From the IMG/VR virus record IMGVR_UViG_3300033997_000406, positions 20,432 to 84,431 of that record: a DNA stretch of 64,000 nt; one strand, written 5' to 3'. The notes under the pieces were generated by a model, which saw only the letters and a program-made list of their open reading frames with translations, searched no databases and was not told the DNA's origin. A program made the position numbers and the translations under genes. Every line of letters starts with the position of its first letter. The stretch's first letter is position 1. The stretch comes from a virus. Below, piece by piece: positions 62,459 to 64,000 of the stretch.

Positions 62459-62776
62459 TTAGGCGGCATCAGATGTAGTTCTTTCGTCATAAATGGCCTT
62501 GGCTAACTCCCGACCTTTTTCAGATAACTTGAAAGCCAGCTGCAAAGTGGAAGAGCACCTGAATTTCATGATCAGGCCATTGGCTACTAATTTGTGGCAT
62601 CCGTCCCTGAGGTTGTTGCCGTGGATTGGATTGCCTTTATTCATATTAATCAGCTTTAATAGCTCAATAGCTGAAAAGGGTTTATCTCTTCCCTTTAATT
62701 CAAGTGCAACCAGTATAAATAGAACGTCCCGCTGTGTAGCCCCAAGCCTCATACAGCACCCTAAATCATGTGTCAC
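62459..62776 (-). CDS. winged-helix DNA-binding protein
   Basis: NLRDGCHKLVANGLI...FKLSEKGRELA. Confidence 0.7.
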   Translation of the reverse strand: MTHDLGCCMRLGATQRDVLFILVALELKGRDKPFSAIELLKLINMNKGNPIHGNNLRDGCHKLVANGLIMKFRCSSTLQLAFKLSEKGRELAKAIYDERTTSDAA

Positions 62777-62843
62777 ATGCTTTATTTTGACATACTCACT
62801 AAACTCTGTACATTGCTCACTAAATCATGTGTGACATGATTTA
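62762..62843. promoter_or_regulatory. palindromic operator pair
   Basis: TAAATCATGT-gtg-ACATGATTTA (62821-62843) and a near copy at 62762-62779. Confidence 0.7.
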
Positions 62844-62865
62844 CTCAGAATTTCCCTCGGGGCCG

Positions 62866-63330
62866 TTATTTCCGGACTGCAAGCTTGCGGGCCACACTAA
62901 ACAGCAACGCCTGCTCTGCATCCTTATCAACTAAATGCTGGTGCTGCATCCACTCACTATCGCCAACACCAAAGCTTGGCCATGCGTTGCCTTTAGGGCG
63001 CTTTATTTCTGTGACCTTTTTGCCATCAAAATACAGAAGCCCCCAGCCTGCAGGTAATTCTGACACCGAAACCAAGTTTGGTGGAGTGATATAGAAGCGA
63101 TACAAGCCAACGCCACCCGAATGGCGCTCAGGCTTATTTCTGTCGCAATGGAAGTCCGACCGGCTAACCTTTGACTCAATCAGCACTGAGGCCGAATGAC
63201 GCCACCCTATAGCGTCCACACGTTCACGCGAACCAAGGGCAAATACATTAACTGCTACCACTGGGAAACCGTTTTTTCTCAGCCACCGAGCAGCTGCTTC
63301 GCTTTGTAGCTCATGCAAAGGGGAGGGCAT
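62866..63330 (-). CDS. PD-(D/E)xK nuclease-like protein (MmcB-like)
   Basis: RVDAIG...IESKVSRSDF. Confidence 0.65.
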   Translation of the reverse strand: MPSPLHELQSEAAARWLRKNGFPVVAVNVFALGSRERVDAIGWRHSASVLIESKVSRSDFHCDRNKPERHSGGVGLYRFYITPPNLVSVSELPAGWGLLYFDGKKVTEIKRPKGNAWPSFGVGDSEWMQHQHLVDKDAEQALLFSVARKLAVRK

Positions 63331-63334
63331 AAAC

Positions 63335-63901
63335 TTACTGCACCTTGTACGTACCGCCTGGCGTAAAACTACCAGAGATAACCGCGTTAGAATTTAGGTA
63401 GCTGGCCAGAGCTGGTCCGGCTGCTAAAGCGATAAGCCCGCCTTTGGCGTGAGGGCCGTTTAGTGTCAGGACTGTACTTAGTTCGGCCGCGATTCTCGCC
63501 TGCAAGTCAGAGCCGCTTAACCCGGATAAATTGAAAGAACCGGATCCGTCTGTGGGAATACTGACCTTCATTGAGGCCAGTACTGCCCCTGTAACAGCTT
63601 TGGCGATAGCGGTCGGGATTATTCCGGCTTTGCAATGCTCGTTATCTGTATTAATTCCTTCCGCTTTGAGCTTCTGCAGCACTTTAGCGCTCATTCCTGA
63701 CTCAGATAAGCCCGTAACCTGATACGTCCCGCCAGCGTGGGGAGGAACGATAACAACGGCACTGGCCTTTATCTCTGACACCACGCCTTCAGCAATAGCC
63801 TTTGGTGTCCTGTCACCTTTGGCGTGATCCCCTTCCAAAACAAGCTCAGTGCCTGAAAACGCACCTATTAAAATCGACTCCAGCGTCTGCACGTTTAACA
63901 T
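63335..63901 (-). CDS. hypothetical virion-associated protein with internal duplication
   Basis: H.K.....AIA..V and G....GLS motifs repeated; follows the spike-like gene. Confidence 0.6.
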   Translation of the reverse strand: MLNVQTLESILIGAFSGTELVLEGDHAKGDRTPKAIAEGVVSEIKASAVVIVPPHAGGTYQVTGLSESGMSAKVLQKLKAEGINTDNEHCKAGIIPTAIAKAVTGAVLASMKVSIPTDGSGSFNLSGLSGSDLQARIAAELSTVLTLNGPHAKGGLIALAAGPALASYLNSNAVISGSFTPGGTYKVQ

Positions 63902-63904
63902 CCT

Positions 63905-64000
63905 TTACTTGCCTGCTGTCACAGTAGAGCTGCAATCGCTGTGTGGTGAACCTGTGTACTGACAGATATGAGCGCCTGTAACTACACCAGCGCCTTCGTT
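63905..64000 (-). CDS. C-terminus of a probable baseplate spike (gp5/gpV-like), partial
   Basis: GVVTGAHICQYTGSPHSDCSSTVTAGK-stop. Confidence 0.55.
   Translation of the reverse strand, partial: NEGAGVVTGAHICQYTGSPHSDCSSTVTAGK

Overview
This window is most of a P1-like (Punavirus-type) phage-plasmid from a gammaproteobacterial host; the host cannot be identified from sequence alone. Gene order closely follows P1: prohead protease-portal / darB-ulx, then darA-hdf-lydB-lydA, then S-R-16-bplA-pmgA-sit-pmgB-tub-pmgC-bplB-pmgG-21-sheath-major capsid. It also carries parA/parB, an HTH replication initiator, overlapping spanins, three stand-alone DNA methyltransferases and long runs of small accessory genes. 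Features not explained by the ORF track: (1) an apparent antisense-RNA-controlled replicon, with a counter-promoter, two TTGGCG-loop hairpins, a GATC cluster and a 47-bp repeat shared by the rep gene and its downstream flank; (2) a 14-bp motif at 8 gene boundaries, always oriented towards a gene; (3) a second 16-21-bp motif in 3 copies; (4) a probable +1 frameshift in the tail chaperone; (5) a split tail fibre with no cin invertase; (6) a DarA with extra domains and a pyrophosphatase-domain neighbour; (7) a 30-bp tandem-repeat protein and an RyR-like protein flanking the capsid gene; (8) an orphan DndB-like gene and an oligoribonuclease pseudogene. All family calls come from motif recognition and synteny by eye; no database search was run.
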